DNA of 64,000 nt from NCBI GenBank assembly GCA_964016885.1, contig OZ024743.1, positions 83,576,001 through 83,640,000 of the forward strand, read 5' to 3'. A model generated the notes under the pieces. The model saw only the letters and a program-made list of their open reading frames with translations. It made no database searches and was not told where the DNA came from. Source of the stretch: Eledone cirrhosa. Taxonomy: Eukaryota. How positions within the stretch are numbered: position 1 is the stretch's first letter; the number at the start of each line of letters is the position of its first letter. A program made the translations under genes and the position numbers. Shown piece after piece: positions 1 through 12,849 of this stretch.

Positions 1-2403
1 GTGACAAGAGAGAGACAGACTAATGTGCGACAATCGAGAGACAGACTAAGGTGTGACAATAGAGAGACAGACTAAGGTGTGACAATATAGAGTGACAGAC
101 TAAGGTGTGACAATAGAGAGACCGACTAGGTTGTGACAATAGAGAGACAGACTAAGGTGTGACAAGAGAGAGACAGACTAAGGTGTGACTATAGAGAAAC
201 AGACTAAGGTGTGGCAATAGAGAGACAGACTAAGCTGTGACAATAGAGAAACAGACTAGGGTGTGACAATAGAGAAACAGACTAAGGTGTGATAATAGAG
301 AGACAGACTAAGGTGTGACAATAGAGAGGGACAGACTAAGGTGTGACAATACAGAGGGACAGACTAAGGTGTGACAATAGAGAGACAGACTAGGGTGTGA
401 CAATAGAGAGACAGACTAAGGTGTGATAATAGAGAGACAGACTAAGGTGTGACAATAGAGAGGGACAGACTAAGGTGTGACAATAGAGAGGGACAGACTA
501 AGGTGTGACAATAGAGAGACAGACTAGGGTGTGACAATAGAGAGACAGACGAAGGTGTGAGAAGAGAGAGACAGACTAAGGTGTGACAATAGAGAGGGAC
601 AGACTAAGGTGTGACAATAGAGAGGGACAGACTAAGGTGTGACAATAGAGAGAGACAGACTAGGGTGTGACAATATAGAGACAGACTAAGGTGTGATAAT
701 AGAGAGACAGACTAGGGTGTGACAATAGAGAAACAGACTAGGGTGTGACAATATAGAGAGACAGGCTAAGGTGTGACAATAGAGAGACAGACTAGGGTGT
801 GACAATAGAGAGGGACAGACTAAGGTGTGATAATAGAGAGACAGACTAAGGTGTGACAATAGAGTGAGACAGACTAAGGTGTGACAATAGAGAGACAGAC
901 TAGGGTGTAACAATAGAGAGACAGACTAAGGTGTGACAATATAGAGACAGACTAGAGTGTGACAATATAGAGAGACAGACTAAGGTGTGACAATAGAGAG
1001 ACAGACTAGGGTGTGACAATAGAGAGGGACAGACTAAGGTGTGATAATAGAGAGACAGACTAGGGTGTGACAATAGAGACACAGACTAGGGTGTGACAAT
1101 ATAGAGAGACAGACTAAGGTGTGACAATAGAGAGACAGACTAGGGTGTGACAATAGAGAGGGACAGACTAAGGTGTGATAATAGAGAGACAGACTAGGGT
1201 GTGACAATAGAGAGACAGACTAAGGTGTGACAAGAGAGAGACAGACTAAGGTGTGACAATATAGAGAGACAGAATAAGGTGTGACAATAGAGAGACAGAC
1301 TAAGGTGTGACAATAGAGAGACAGACTGAGGTGTGACAAGAGAGAGACAGACTAAGGTGTGACAATAGAGAGACAGACTAAGGTGTGACAATAGAGAGGG
1401 ACAGACTAAGGTGTGACAATAGAGAGAGAGACTGGTTGTGACAATAGAGAGACAGACTAAGGTGTGACAAGAGAGAGACAGACTAGGTTGTGACAATAGA
1501 GAGACAGACGGAGGTGTGCCAAGAGAGAGACCGACTAAGGTGTGACTATAGATAAACAGACTAAGGTGTGACAATAGAGAGACAGACTAAGCTGTGACAA
1601 TAGAGAAACAGACTAGGGTGTGACAATAGAGAAACAGACTAAGGTGTGACAATAGAGAGACAGACTAAGCTGTGACAATAGAGAAACAGACTAGGGTGTG
1701 ACAATAGAGGGACAGACTAAGGTGTGATAATAGAGAGACAGACTAAGGTGTGACAATAGAGAGGGACAGACTAAGGTGTGACAATAGAGAGGGACAGACT
1801 AAGGTGTAACAATAGAGAGACAGACTAGGGTGTGACAATAGAGAGACAGACTAAGGTGTGAGAAGAGAGAGACAGACTAAGGTGTGGCAATAGAGAGGGA
1901 CAGACTAAGGTGTGACAATAGTGAGACAGACTAGGGTGTGACAATAGAGAGACAGACTAAAGTGTGACAATAGAGAGGGACAGACTAAGGTGTGACAATA
2001 GAGAGACAGACTAAGGTGTGACAATGGAGAGAGACAGACTAATGTGTTACAATAGAGAGACAAACTAGTGTGTGACAATAGAGAGACAGACTAAGGTGTG
2101 ACAATAGAGAGACATACTAGGGTGTGACAATAGAGAGACAGACTAATGTTTGACAATAGAGAGACAGACTAGGGTGTGACAATAGAGAGAGACTAGGGTG
2201 TGACAATATAGAGAGACAGACTAGGGTGTGACAATAGAGAGACAGACTAAGGTGTGACAATAGAGAGACAGACTAAGGTGTGACAATAGAGAGACATACT
2301 AAGGTGTGACAATAGAGAGACAGACTAAGGTGTGACAATAGAGAGACAGACTAAGGTGTGACAATAGATAGAGAGACAGACTAAGGTGTGACAATATAGA
2401 GAC
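1..2403. repeat. Minisatellite, 26-bp unit GTGTGACAATAGAGAGACAGACTAAG with 28-bp variants; runs off the window start
   Basis: Unit visible tandemly throughout; the ORFs at 686-1574 are translations of it. Confidence 0.97.
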
Positions 2404-2698
2404 AGTCAACTGCTAGACTGTCTTTCAGGGTCCCCACTGTCCCATGCTGGGCCGTCTTTCGAGGTCCCCACTGTCAACTGCTGGGCTGTCTTTCGGGGTC
2501 CCCACAGTCACATGCTGGGCCGTCCTTCGGGGTCCCCACAGTCACATGCTGGGCCGTCTTTCGGGGTCCCCACAGTCAACTGCTGGGCTGTCTTTCGGGG
2601 TCCCCACAGTTACATGCTGGGCCGTCTTTCGGGGTCCCCACAGTCAACTGCTGGTCTGTCTTTCGGGGTCCCCACAGTCACATGCTGGACTGTCTTTC
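2403..2698. repeat. GC-rich minisatellite, 34-bp unit CAGTCACATGCTGGGCCGTCTTTCGGGGTCCCCA, about 8-9 copies
   Basis: Direct tandem copies abutting the 26-bp array. Confidence 0.93.
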
Positions 2699-3616
2699 AT
2701 TTTCCATCAATGGAGACGATGGGCTGTCCTGGCATGTGTTGTGTGGATCCGATTAGGGGACACCCATTGCCCTCTAGGAAGTTCAAAGCCGGCTGGTTTA
2801 GATGTGGGGTCGTGGACGAAGTCTTGGTTGGCAAATGTGGACTGATTCCATGATTTTCGCCACTCTTCCTACAGATCAAAGTTATTATCCTAAAGGGTCT
2901 TCATTGATTCCCTCGATGTGGTGTGCGGATCCCATTAAAGGACCCCCCCATTGTAAATTTAAGCTGAAATAATGTATTCTGATGAAGGACAGTAGGCTGC
3001 CGGGTAACTAACTCATGCCCTTCCGTCGTGAGATGAATACAGTAACCACTAAACCAGGCACCTTCAAAGTACAAAGGATGATGATTTATTCAGCAATACG
3101 TCATCACTTTCAAGTATACAAGCTTATTATATACAATATAGTATTACATTAGTGGATAGGACGGTTTATGTGAGTGATATGTAGGTGGTTATATTTACTC
3201 TTCTACGTTTCAGCTGCAACGTAAGAACGCAGATGAAGTTACTTTATACACACACACATACATACACAAAACAAACAACCACTCTCACACAGGTACACAC
3301 ATATAAATATACATATGTGTGTGTACTGTAAATATACATGTATATAGACGCGCGCACACATGCACACACACATACACACACATATATATTTATAATGAAA
3401 AACGTAGATCACGTTATATAAGGATAAACACAAGAAAAATAAACGCACCACATATGCATATATATATATATATATATGAGTCGGGGTTCGACGGTTGAGG
3501 ATTTTGCCGTTTCGGCAGCAAGTTCTAGGTATATATATATCGTGGGTTAGATCCTAGTACTCTCTATCTGGAAATAGAATAACCAATAACCAAGTTATAC
3601 TTAAAACATAAGTTTT

Positions 3617-3706
3617 ATTCTACATATGTCTCAATGTAGTGGGGCAGCCATGCAGCGATATATACGAGGTATCTCTCTCCCCGTCGCTCTACATATCTTC
3701 AGGAAT
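3617..3706 (-). ncRNA. Type I hammerhead-like motif, degenerate (GAGA for GAAA)
   Basis: Minus strand: attc-CTGAAGA-t-atgtag..ctacat-t-GAGA-catatg-TA-gaat, overlapping AATAAA; palindromic stem III ACATATGT. Confidence 0.6.
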
Positions 3707-3956
3707 TCATATATTGTTAAACGTTTAAAGTGTAATACATATAAGAGATAACTTCATACCATAGATGATGTTTATACCATATATATAAAGAAATGTGAGG
3801 GGTTAAATAAAAGATGGTAACAGCTGTTTATCATATGTCATCACAGTGTAATTACCAAAAGCTATCATTGGAAATGACTTTCATAGGAAACATTACCGGA
3901 TGATTCAACTGAAACAACCTCTGTAGTAAACTGCATTATTTTCATAAGTCTGTGTT

Positions 3957-4111
<155 letters not shown>

Positions 4112-4948
4112 TACACATACACAATATATATATATATATTGTGTGTGTGTGTGTGTGTATCTGTGTAAGAATTTTGCTTCGTAATCACGAAATGCCACTG
4201 CTTAACATATAAACACTTGGGATTATATAAAGCAATTATCAACAGCAAACGTTTATATGACAGCTGGATGTGGGAAGATACTGGCACCACCTTTCTTGAA
4301 GCTATTGAAAACGGAAAAATGTATTGGGTTATTTAGTATCTAACCCCTAAATAGCCATTTTCTATGAAGCAAGGTTAACCCCTACTCATTTGTTTATAGA
4401 AGCATCAAATAAATGAAAATTGCTGACAGATCAGTTTAATCGGAAGAGTGCTGTACTTTATTTTATCGACTCCAAAAGACTGAAAGACAAAGTTGACCTT
4501 GTCCACGTTTGGAATCAGATCGTAGTATGTCATAACTATATACTGTAAAGTAAAGGTTCTCAACGGGGGAGGGGCGTTTCGTAGCCCCAGGGGGGCGTTA
4601 TGCAGTAAGGGGCGTTAGGGAGGCGTTATTCAGTAAGGGGACGTTTGAAACTTTGAGGGCGCTAGAAGCTCCTTTAGTTTGGTAAGTTTTATAAGTCATA
4701 TTGGTACGTCTCTTAGACAGTCAGTGATTTGAATGAAGAAAACAAAGAAAATAAATTCAAGAAGCTTGTCAACGAATTCCCTAGGGAGATAAAAGAAAAT
4801 CAAAAGAAATCGAAGAGAATGAAAGTAAGGACTACTTCAACAGAAATGAACATACACACACATACATGGGTGGTGAACATACACACACATACATACATAC
4901 ATACATACATACATACATACATACACACACACATATATACACATACAT

Positions 4949-4981
<33 letters not shown>

Positions 4982-5122
4982 GGCCGGCGTTAGTGTTTGA
5001 TGAAGTTGAGAACCTGGTCAGCTTTCAGCCAGAGGTGTGGTATTTAATCTCCCTAGATAATAAAATCTGGCGACAAAAATTTTCTCCTTACCAAAAAAAA
5101 GAAGACATAGATCATATAAACA

Positions 5123-5511
5123 TCCTTACACACTTAAATATAAATGCATGTATATATACAAATGTATAAATGCATAGCTATAGACATACGTAAATATATG
5201 TATATATGTATGTATGTATGTAGATTTATATATATATATATATAAAATTTACATACATATAAACAGACTAAATAAAGATGGCGTAAGCATACAATGCAAC
5301 ATAATAGCAACACTGACGATGTTGCAGATGTGCAACGGAAGAACTTTGATAGACTATATATATGTGTTTGTGTCTATATTGTATCTGTAGGACCGAATAA
5401 ATTAAATTAACCGATATAAAAGACACAGAAGCGAAAACCAACCAAACAGTGAGTGTGTTCTGTTATTAATTCTGGCAATATTATTACACAAATATGACCC
5501 TCCCCAAGTAT

Positions 5512-5572
<61 letters not shown>

Positions 5573-5987
5573 TATGTATACGTACATACATATATGTATA
5601 CAGACGTACAGTAGTATGTATATATGCATACATGCACACATATGTACGTATGGATTCACCGAACATTTATTATAATGCTCGGTGTGTTTGTAAACAAACA
5701 GCCCGAATTAAGCCGTACAGTGTCTAGCAACCATCGTTACTCATTTGTTCAACACTGACAAAGGAACACTGTACTAGTTACAAGCTTATTAGCTATCGTC
5801 AGCAACGTATACCTTCCTGCCAGATGGTTGAACGTCTGAAAGTATATACTTTCCTTATGCATATGTATGTATATATATATACATACTACTGTACGTCTGT
5901 ATACATATATGTATGTACGTATACATACTTATATTTAAGTAACAGCCGTACTAAGAGTGAGAAATGAAATTTCGTTTCATTTTTTCC

Positions 5988-6021
<34 letters not shown>

Positions 6022-6068
6022 CTGCATACATACATATATTTATATATATATATATATACATATAAATA

Positions 6069-6104
<36 letters not shown>

Positions 6105-6217
6105 TATAAATATACATACATACATACATATATACATACATACATTTACGTATGTATATAGCTATGCATTTATACATTTGTATATATATACATGCATTTA
6201 TATTTAAGTGTGTAAGG
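5123..6217. repeat. Nested inverted repeats around a diverged solo copy of the 470-bp HHR unit
   Basis: About 5123-5230 is inverted at about 6018-6217; about 5570-5620 is inverted at about 5878-5930; 5570-5860 matches the 23858-24934 unit, with a decayed HHR (CTGACGA..GTAA) at 5765-5808 on the minus strand. Confidence 0.75.
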
Positions 6218-6256
6218 TTATATATATATATATATGTGTGTGTATAATATATATAT

Positions 6257-6323
<67 letters not shown>

Positions 6324-6329
6324 GCATTG

Positions 6330-6575
6330 TGACAAGAAGCTTGTTTCCCAACTACATATTTCCGGGTTCAGTCCCACTGCCCGGGCCGACCAAAGCCCTG
6401 TGAGTGGATTTGATAGATCGAAACTAAAAGAAGCCCGTCGTATATATGTATATATGTCTGTGTGTGTCTTTGCGTTTGTGTTTGCCCTCCCACCAATGCT
6501 TGTTGGCTTGTTGACGTGCCCATAACTTACCAAGGTGATGCTCCAGCATGGGCGTAGTCCAGAGACAGAAAAAAA
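6330..6575 (+). mobile_element. tRNA-type SINE, family B (related copies at 37415-37822, head at 49930-50005, tail at 33573-33622)
   Basis: GGTTCAGTCCC B-box-like motif, AAGCCCGTCG core and CCCAGCATGG tail shared among copies. Confidence 0.6.
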
Positions 6576-6580
6576 GTAAA

Positions 6581-6629
<49 letters not shown>

Positions 6630-6739
6630 AGAGGGGTCTCAAACTCAAGGACACAAAAGGGCTATTACGTCCTGGAGGTGAGGCACAGTGGGCAAAACCT
6701 GGTGGTGGGTGAACATTTTCACCAGTTATAATCATTTCT

Positions 6740-6947
6740 ACTATAGGAACAAGGCATGAAATTTGGGGTTTTAGGGTTCAGTCGATTGCATCGATCCTAG
6801 TACACAACTGGTACTTAATTCATCGACCCAAAAAGGATGTAAGGCAAAGTTGAGATCGGCGGAATTTGAACTCAGAACGTAAAAACGGAAGAAGTACCGT
6901 TTAGCATTTCGCCAGATGTGCTAACGATTCCACCAGCTCGCCGCCTT
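6740..6947 (-). mobile_element. tRNA-type SINE, family A (octopus-like)
   Basis: Reverse complement of GGCGGCGAGCTGG..GAGTTCAAATTCCGCCGA..CTTTGCCTT..GGTCGAT..AAGTACCAG. Other copies at about 4440-4550, 9040-9120, 9362-9510, 44000-44160, 46850-47055, 50030-50187, 50542-50722, 51166-51355, 52844-52941 plus 53471-53520, 53860-53960, 56203-56390 and 59930-60022. Confidence 0.8.
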
Positions 6948-7125
6948 ATTTTCGCTAGTTATAATGCGATATGAAATATTGGTTCTACCACGGGCCACAG
7001 ATAAGTAGTTCGCGGGCCGCATGTGTGAGCCCCCTGTTGGAGATAAATAGATAGATAGATAGATAGACGTGTACCAAACACACACACATTTCTTACTCTC
7101 TCTATCCCTCCCTCTTTCTCTCTTC

Positions 7126-7209
<84 letters not shown>

Positions 7210-7307
7210 AGCGTTGTTATTTGGCGTTGTTGAAAAGAGCTGTGGCCTTTGACCTGGCATAAAAAAAACTGTAAACAAAATTCTTTCTGTACCCAGGCAC
7301 ACACACA

Positions 7308-7421
<114 letters not shown>

Positions 7422-7445
7422 TGTGTGTGTATGTGTGTGTGTATG

Positions 7446-7503
<58 letters not shown>

Positions 7504-8041
7504 TATCTATGTTTATATATAAGGGATAAAAATATTGCTTTCTCAGTCACCAAGCTTCTCAATTCCTTCCTTACTACTTATTTTGCTACGAGGTATATTA
7601 TTTTGCAAGGTACTATTTTTCCCCTGAGTTTGTGATTTCAGAGAAATTGCAGCTTCAATTGTCTATATACTCAAAATATTACAACAGCTAACAGTGAAAT
7701 ATAGAATTTAAAAAAAAAAAGCTTTTCCGACTGAGATCAAATGTTTTTTTTTTTATTTCAAAAATATATAATTTGAAATAGCTTGCTTTTGTTTTGGACT
7801 GAAACTTTTTTGTATTTAATTCGTACGAGTATTTTTTTAAAGAATCTAAGATAACTTGATTTGGCCCAGTAATCTACTGATATCAAAATCAGTAATATAT
7901 TGAAAAATGGAAAAATAGGGTAGGGGGGCGTTTCGTGATTTCGAGGGACAAAAGGGAGCGTTTGGCCAAAATGGGTTGAGAACCTTTGCTGTAAAGCATT
8001 TTATTCCATGCTCTGTCTGTACTGCCTATACTGCCTACATT

Positions 8042-8346
8042 CAGGGTTGGATTTAGACCTGAGGCACACACCAGGTTTTCTTGGGGGGTCCCATACACAA
8101 AAAATTAGAATACACAGCAAACCCCCCAATTTTACATATCAAAGTTAGCGTGATGCAAGTAATTGGAATTGAAAAGTTATACATACAGGTATTAAATACA
8201 AGAATTCTAGCCATCCTAAAACTAAAAAGCCCAGCTGAGGGCAGAAATAAATTGCTATGACCGTTGCTTGTACCCCCCCCCCCCCCCCCATTACAGGGGA
8301 CCCTGGGCAATTGCCCCCTTTTGCATCCCCATTAAATTCGGCCTTG
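8042..8346. mobile_element. Probable PIF/Harbinger-like MITE
   Basis: Imperfect TIRs CAGGGTTGGATTTA..TAAATTCGGCCTTG with GGGGG/CCC subterminal motifs. Confidence 0.45.
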
Positions 8347-8644
8347 TCTATACTGCCGATCTACCGCCCCTATTTATCAGAACAAAAAAAAAAATAAACA
8401 AATAACAATGATTTGGATGCCCAGCCATACAAATATCAGGGGAGACAGGAAAGCAGGAGAATTAGCAAAAGAGGGGACACAGAGGGAATTAAGATTACAC
8501 TCTAAATCTATAACAACTTAAATCATTCAGTAAATGCATAATAGTCCTTTCCTTTACATTCCAATACAGGCAGATCTGCCTTTCTTTACCCTTTACCCCT
8601 TCTTTTTTCATTACTTAATTTTGTTTTCATCTATTTTTATATTT

Positions 8645-8790
8645 CCACCATTGTATAACTTCTGTCTGTAAAATATAGTTGATATAATATGTTTATGTAT
8701 AACAGATAACAAAATATTCCCATCATTGTATAACTTCTGTCTGTAAAATATAGTTGACATAATATGTTTATGTATAATAGATATCAAAAT
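8645..8790. repeat. Direct tandem duplication of about 75 bp
   Basis: CATTGTATAACTTCTGTCTGTAAAATATAGTTGA occurs twice, 75 bp apart. Confidence 0.85.
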
Positions 8791-9905
8791 AAAATGAAAT
8801 AAAGACCTGGTAACCTATATATCTATTAGTCATAGATGGTGAAAATATTAGGAAAAGATAAGCTATCAGTTTTTTTATCCTTCATTATCTCAGCCAGATC
8901 GTTTAAAACGTATAATGAAAAACTGAATATGGCTAAAATAAAAAACTTTCTTAGATTATATTTCATTACGAATATGTCGTATAGGATTACATTTATGTTC
9001 TGTGGAAAATATCTAGAAACTATGTAGCATTACAGGATTGATAAAATAAAGTACCAGTAACGAACTTTCCCCTCCCCCCAAAATTATTGGCCTTGTGCCA
9101 AAAGTAGACTTAATTATTGTTCCAATGAAAACATTTTCAGCCTGAGAAATAGGGAGGGGGGGGGGGGGGCATTTTGGAATTGGTTTTAAAAGGTGATCAA
9201 GGTGGGATGTACAAATTATTTTTAAGGATCCATCAATCATAAGGTTTTCAAATAATATATGGAGACTACGAAAAGATTCAACAGCATTTAACTTTTAATT
9301 GTTCTGTATCTGTCTATTTTTTCTCCGTTTTCTTTTAGTTTCTTATATATAAAGGAAATAAAGCAGCGAATTGAGAGAGTCGTTAGAACTCGAATAGAAT
9401 CTTTTGTGGAATTCGTTCCGGCTCTCTGAGTTCAAATCCCACCGTGATCAACTTTGCCTTTCATCTTTTCCAGGTTGATAAAAAAAAGTACCAGTCAAGT
9501 ACTGGGTCGATTCTTCCTCTGTATCTCTTTCTCTCTTTCACTCTCAATCTTTCTCTGAAAGAAATCTGCTGTGTTCAGGCCCGGAGAGGGACGAGTTCCT
9601 CCAGAAGTTAAAGGTCCAAGAAACGCCGTATACGGTGCCCCTGCGGTTCCAGGGAGTTATCACATATATAAAGATACATTTCTTGGTTCGACATGGCTTA
9701 CCAGCTGTGTAAATTGAATGTATTTAACAATATATAAGATGACATTCTTCCACACAAATTTCACTCTGTTTAATAGCGTTATAAGTCCTACTGTATCTAG
9801 GTGGCATAATACACACACACACACACACACACTCATATATATATATATATCTATATATATATATATGATATAGACCTTGAAGGCGGAAAAATTGAGCAGC
9901 GCCGC

Positions 9906-9993
<88 letters not shown>

Positions 9994-10149
9994 GATAACA
10001 AGTTATCGTTATAGGTAATCCAGTTAGTGTACTCCGCGTCATGGATAGTTTTAACGTACTGCTTTGTTTGACTCAACAAGATGTTTCCATAGTTATGCAG
10101 TGAGTTCGCGGTATGTTCTATGCAGGTTATACTTGGAGTAATAATAGTT

Positions 10150-10397
10150 AAAGAAAGAAGAGTAACGTGGTAGGCTGTACAATAAGGGCTTTATTTAAAG
10201 TACTGACAATTGTTTCGTTGATCAGGTGTGTCTAGAGTTCGCTAATCGCTTGAGGTTGCGTCAATCGATCTCCAATACATTGTTTACCACTGTGTTGACC
10301 AGCGATTAGCGAACTCTAGACACACCTGATCAACGAAACAATTGTCAGTACTTTAAATAAAGCCCTTATTGTACAGCCAACCATGTTACTCTTCTTT

Positions 10398-10401
<4 letters not shown>
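10150..10401. repeat. Foldback element with ~100-bp near-perfect inverted arms and a ~50-bp spacer, abutting (TA)n
   Basis: 10150-10250 is the reverse complement of 10301-10401 with about 2 mismatches; the arm contains GAAACAATTGTC followed by AATAAA. Confidence 0.9.
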
Positions 10402-10487
<86 letters not shown>

Positions 10488-10489
10488 AT

Positions 10490-11193
10490 ATAATGAAAAA
10501 TAAAAGTTACGGACGAAAGAGAGAGGTATCCTCGTTAGTTGTCTGCTAGGAATCATTGGTATTTCTTCGCGTTAGAGACAAGATACCTCAGCCTAGGGCG
10601 AACAATAACTAAAATAAGTTATTGGGATAAAAGAAGGGGTCGGGGAGAGAAAAATATGTAAATAGACACGAAGGGTGAAGCAACGTAAAGAGAGGAAAAA
10701 TAGGAAAAATATCAAGTCAACAACTCATTTCGAACGTAAGAATTGGCGAATTTTGACGAGAGAGAAAAAGACACGTCTTAGCTGTAGTAGTGTTAGGAAG
10801 AGAAGAGGCTGCATACAGTGGTGGACAAGGGAGGAAGTGAGCTAGCGGAGAGAGGATGACTAACAGAGAGGGAGTGAGTGAAAGTAAGAGAAAGCGAGAA
10901 AGAGATAGTTATAGTGGGAAGCTAGCCGAGAGAAGGTGACTAGCAGAAGGGGTGAGCGAAAGTAAGATGGAGAAGGAGAGAGAAGGGAGAGAGAGAGGAT
11001 AGCAGCAAGGGGAGAGAAAAAAGACGGGTCACAGCGAAACGCGAAGAAATACCAATGATACCTAGTAGACAACTGATGAGGATAGTTTCGCTCGTAACTT
11101 TTATTTTTCATTATACTTAATTGCAACCACACAGCTCGCCATTTTATTCAAATAATCCTCCTGCTTCGCTGTGACCCGTCTTTCTTCGTTCGT
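10490..11193. repeat. Element with two interleaved inverted repeats, between (TA)n tracts; related to 48400-48545
   Basis: 10490-10575 is inverted at 11038-11116; 11021-11038 is inverted at 11165-11182; GCGAAGAAATACC..CTGATGA..GCTGTGACCCGTCT is shared with the minus strand of 48405-48540. Confidence 0.75.
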
Positions 11194-11215
11194 TATATAT
11201 ATATATATATATATA

Positions 11216-12481
11216 CAAAATGGGGCTGAAAATCAGAGACATGAGAGTGACCGAACATTTAGCAGCTTTTACCCCGGTCGGCCACCTCCAAGTGGTTATT
11301 ATTAAGCCTACTTATCTTTATTCACTCCCCCTATCCACCCAGGAATCACACTACATATAACCCGGGCTAACTGGGGACTAAATATAGTCTATTTGCACAT
11401 TTCATCAGATTTTACCACTTTCAACTTCACATCACGGGTGTGAATAACTAATAATCGTTTGGTACACGCGATGATCCGATGGATGTGGCGGCTTTCCCGA
11501 CTGCACGCCAGGCGCTCTGGTCGATCAGCCTTTCTTGAGTGCTTGGAAAAATAAATTTCCCCTTCTTTCGATAAACGAAAATACTCGGAACGGATGCTTC
11601 GCCCTGGGGCCCTGTCGGACTTGGAACCCGCCGCGACACCGGTTATTGACCGCCAAACAGTACCTTTAAATTCTAGGCTTAATCATAATTTTTAACTTTA
11701 TCTTGCCTCCTTCTACTAGCACTTAACTAAATTCCCCAACAGTGTGAATAACTAGTAATCGTTTGGTATATACGATGGCCGGCGGACGGTGGCGGACTTC
11801 CTGCTAACACACCCGACGCTTAGGACAGTTAACATTCCTGGAGTGCTCGGAAAAATAAATTTCCATTTCTTTCGTTAGACGATAATACTCGGAACGGCTG
11901 ACACGCGGTTGGGCCCCGGGCTGGCCGGGGGTCCACAACGTCGCTGGTTATTGACCTCTGAGCATGGGCTTAATCTTTACTCTATATTCTACCCTGAAAC
12001 TTTATCGTGACTATCTATAATACACTTAAACTTTTTCATAAAAGCCTCCTTCTGTAAATTCTTTAACTAAATCTCATAACTTTAAACCTAAACCTTATTT
12101 TTCTAATTTCATCTTAAATGGCATCTTCTAACTCTAAACATAAATTTAACGTTTCTAATTGTTAATCGTAATTTCTGTCCATACATTATACCATGCAGAC
12201 GCCCACTATATATTACTATATAGAGATTTGTTAAAGATATATGTTCTTTGATATTTTTCACGGCACTTTCTAGCATGCATGACCAGCTTGATTGTGACCT
12301 AACTTCAACGCTGGCCTCTGTCTTTGGCGGGGTGGTAGTAGTACACTATAAACCTACACCCCTTCACCAGATGCACATAAGTAGACTTAATAATCACCAC
12401 TTGAGGGCGGCCGACTGGGGTAGAAGCTGCTAAATGTTCGGTCGCCCTCATGTCTCTGATTTTCAGCCCCATGGATTTTGT
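11216..12481. repeat. Non-coding block upstream of PLE1 with ~100-bp terminal inverted repeats and two internal diverged ~215-bp direct repeats
   Basis: 11216-11315 is the reverse complement of 12378-12481 with several mismatches; 11439-11652 is similar to 11742-11956. Confidence 0.8.
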
Positions 12482-12508
12482 CTATTATATTCCTTTGTTA
12501 TATTTCGA

Positions 12509-12572
12509 ATACCTGATGATGTCACCGGATTCATACGGAACCCGATCATTGAAATGATCATAGCATAATAAA
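12509..12572 (+). ncRNA. Hammerhead-like motif upstream of the PLE1 ORF, probably decayed
   Basis: CTGATGA at 12513-12519, then GAAA-tgatca-TA at 12551-12562 (palindromic ATGATCAT), then AATAAA; stems I and II pair poorly. Confidence 0.5.
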
Positions 12573-12849
12573 CCTTTTAAGGATTTACACCAGTCCAGCC
12601 TCCTGTTATTTTATAATAATTAACTCCGTACTCGCACCACCAACTACACAAACGAAGACGGGTGAGTTGCATTATGTTGAGTGCTCTCCATAATATTACA
12701 TCGAGGTTAACCACACGGAATATCACACTCTGCTCTGTAAGAACATAGAGTGCTCAACTGGCATACCGCCTATGGAAGCATCATAGCTGCCATTTAACAC
12801 ACATATATACAACGCTCCTCCACAAGTAGAGCGCTTACAGCGATTCGCC

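Noticed and set aside
10285-10352. GAAACAATTGTC in the foldback as a complete HHR
   Set aside because: Stem II and III halves are plausible but the CUGANGA core is missing; at most a remnant.
11060-11125. CTGATGAGGA..GTAAC as an HHR (similar motifs at 2979, 47125 and 48497)
   Set aside because: GAAA is absent and stems I and III could not be formed convincingly.
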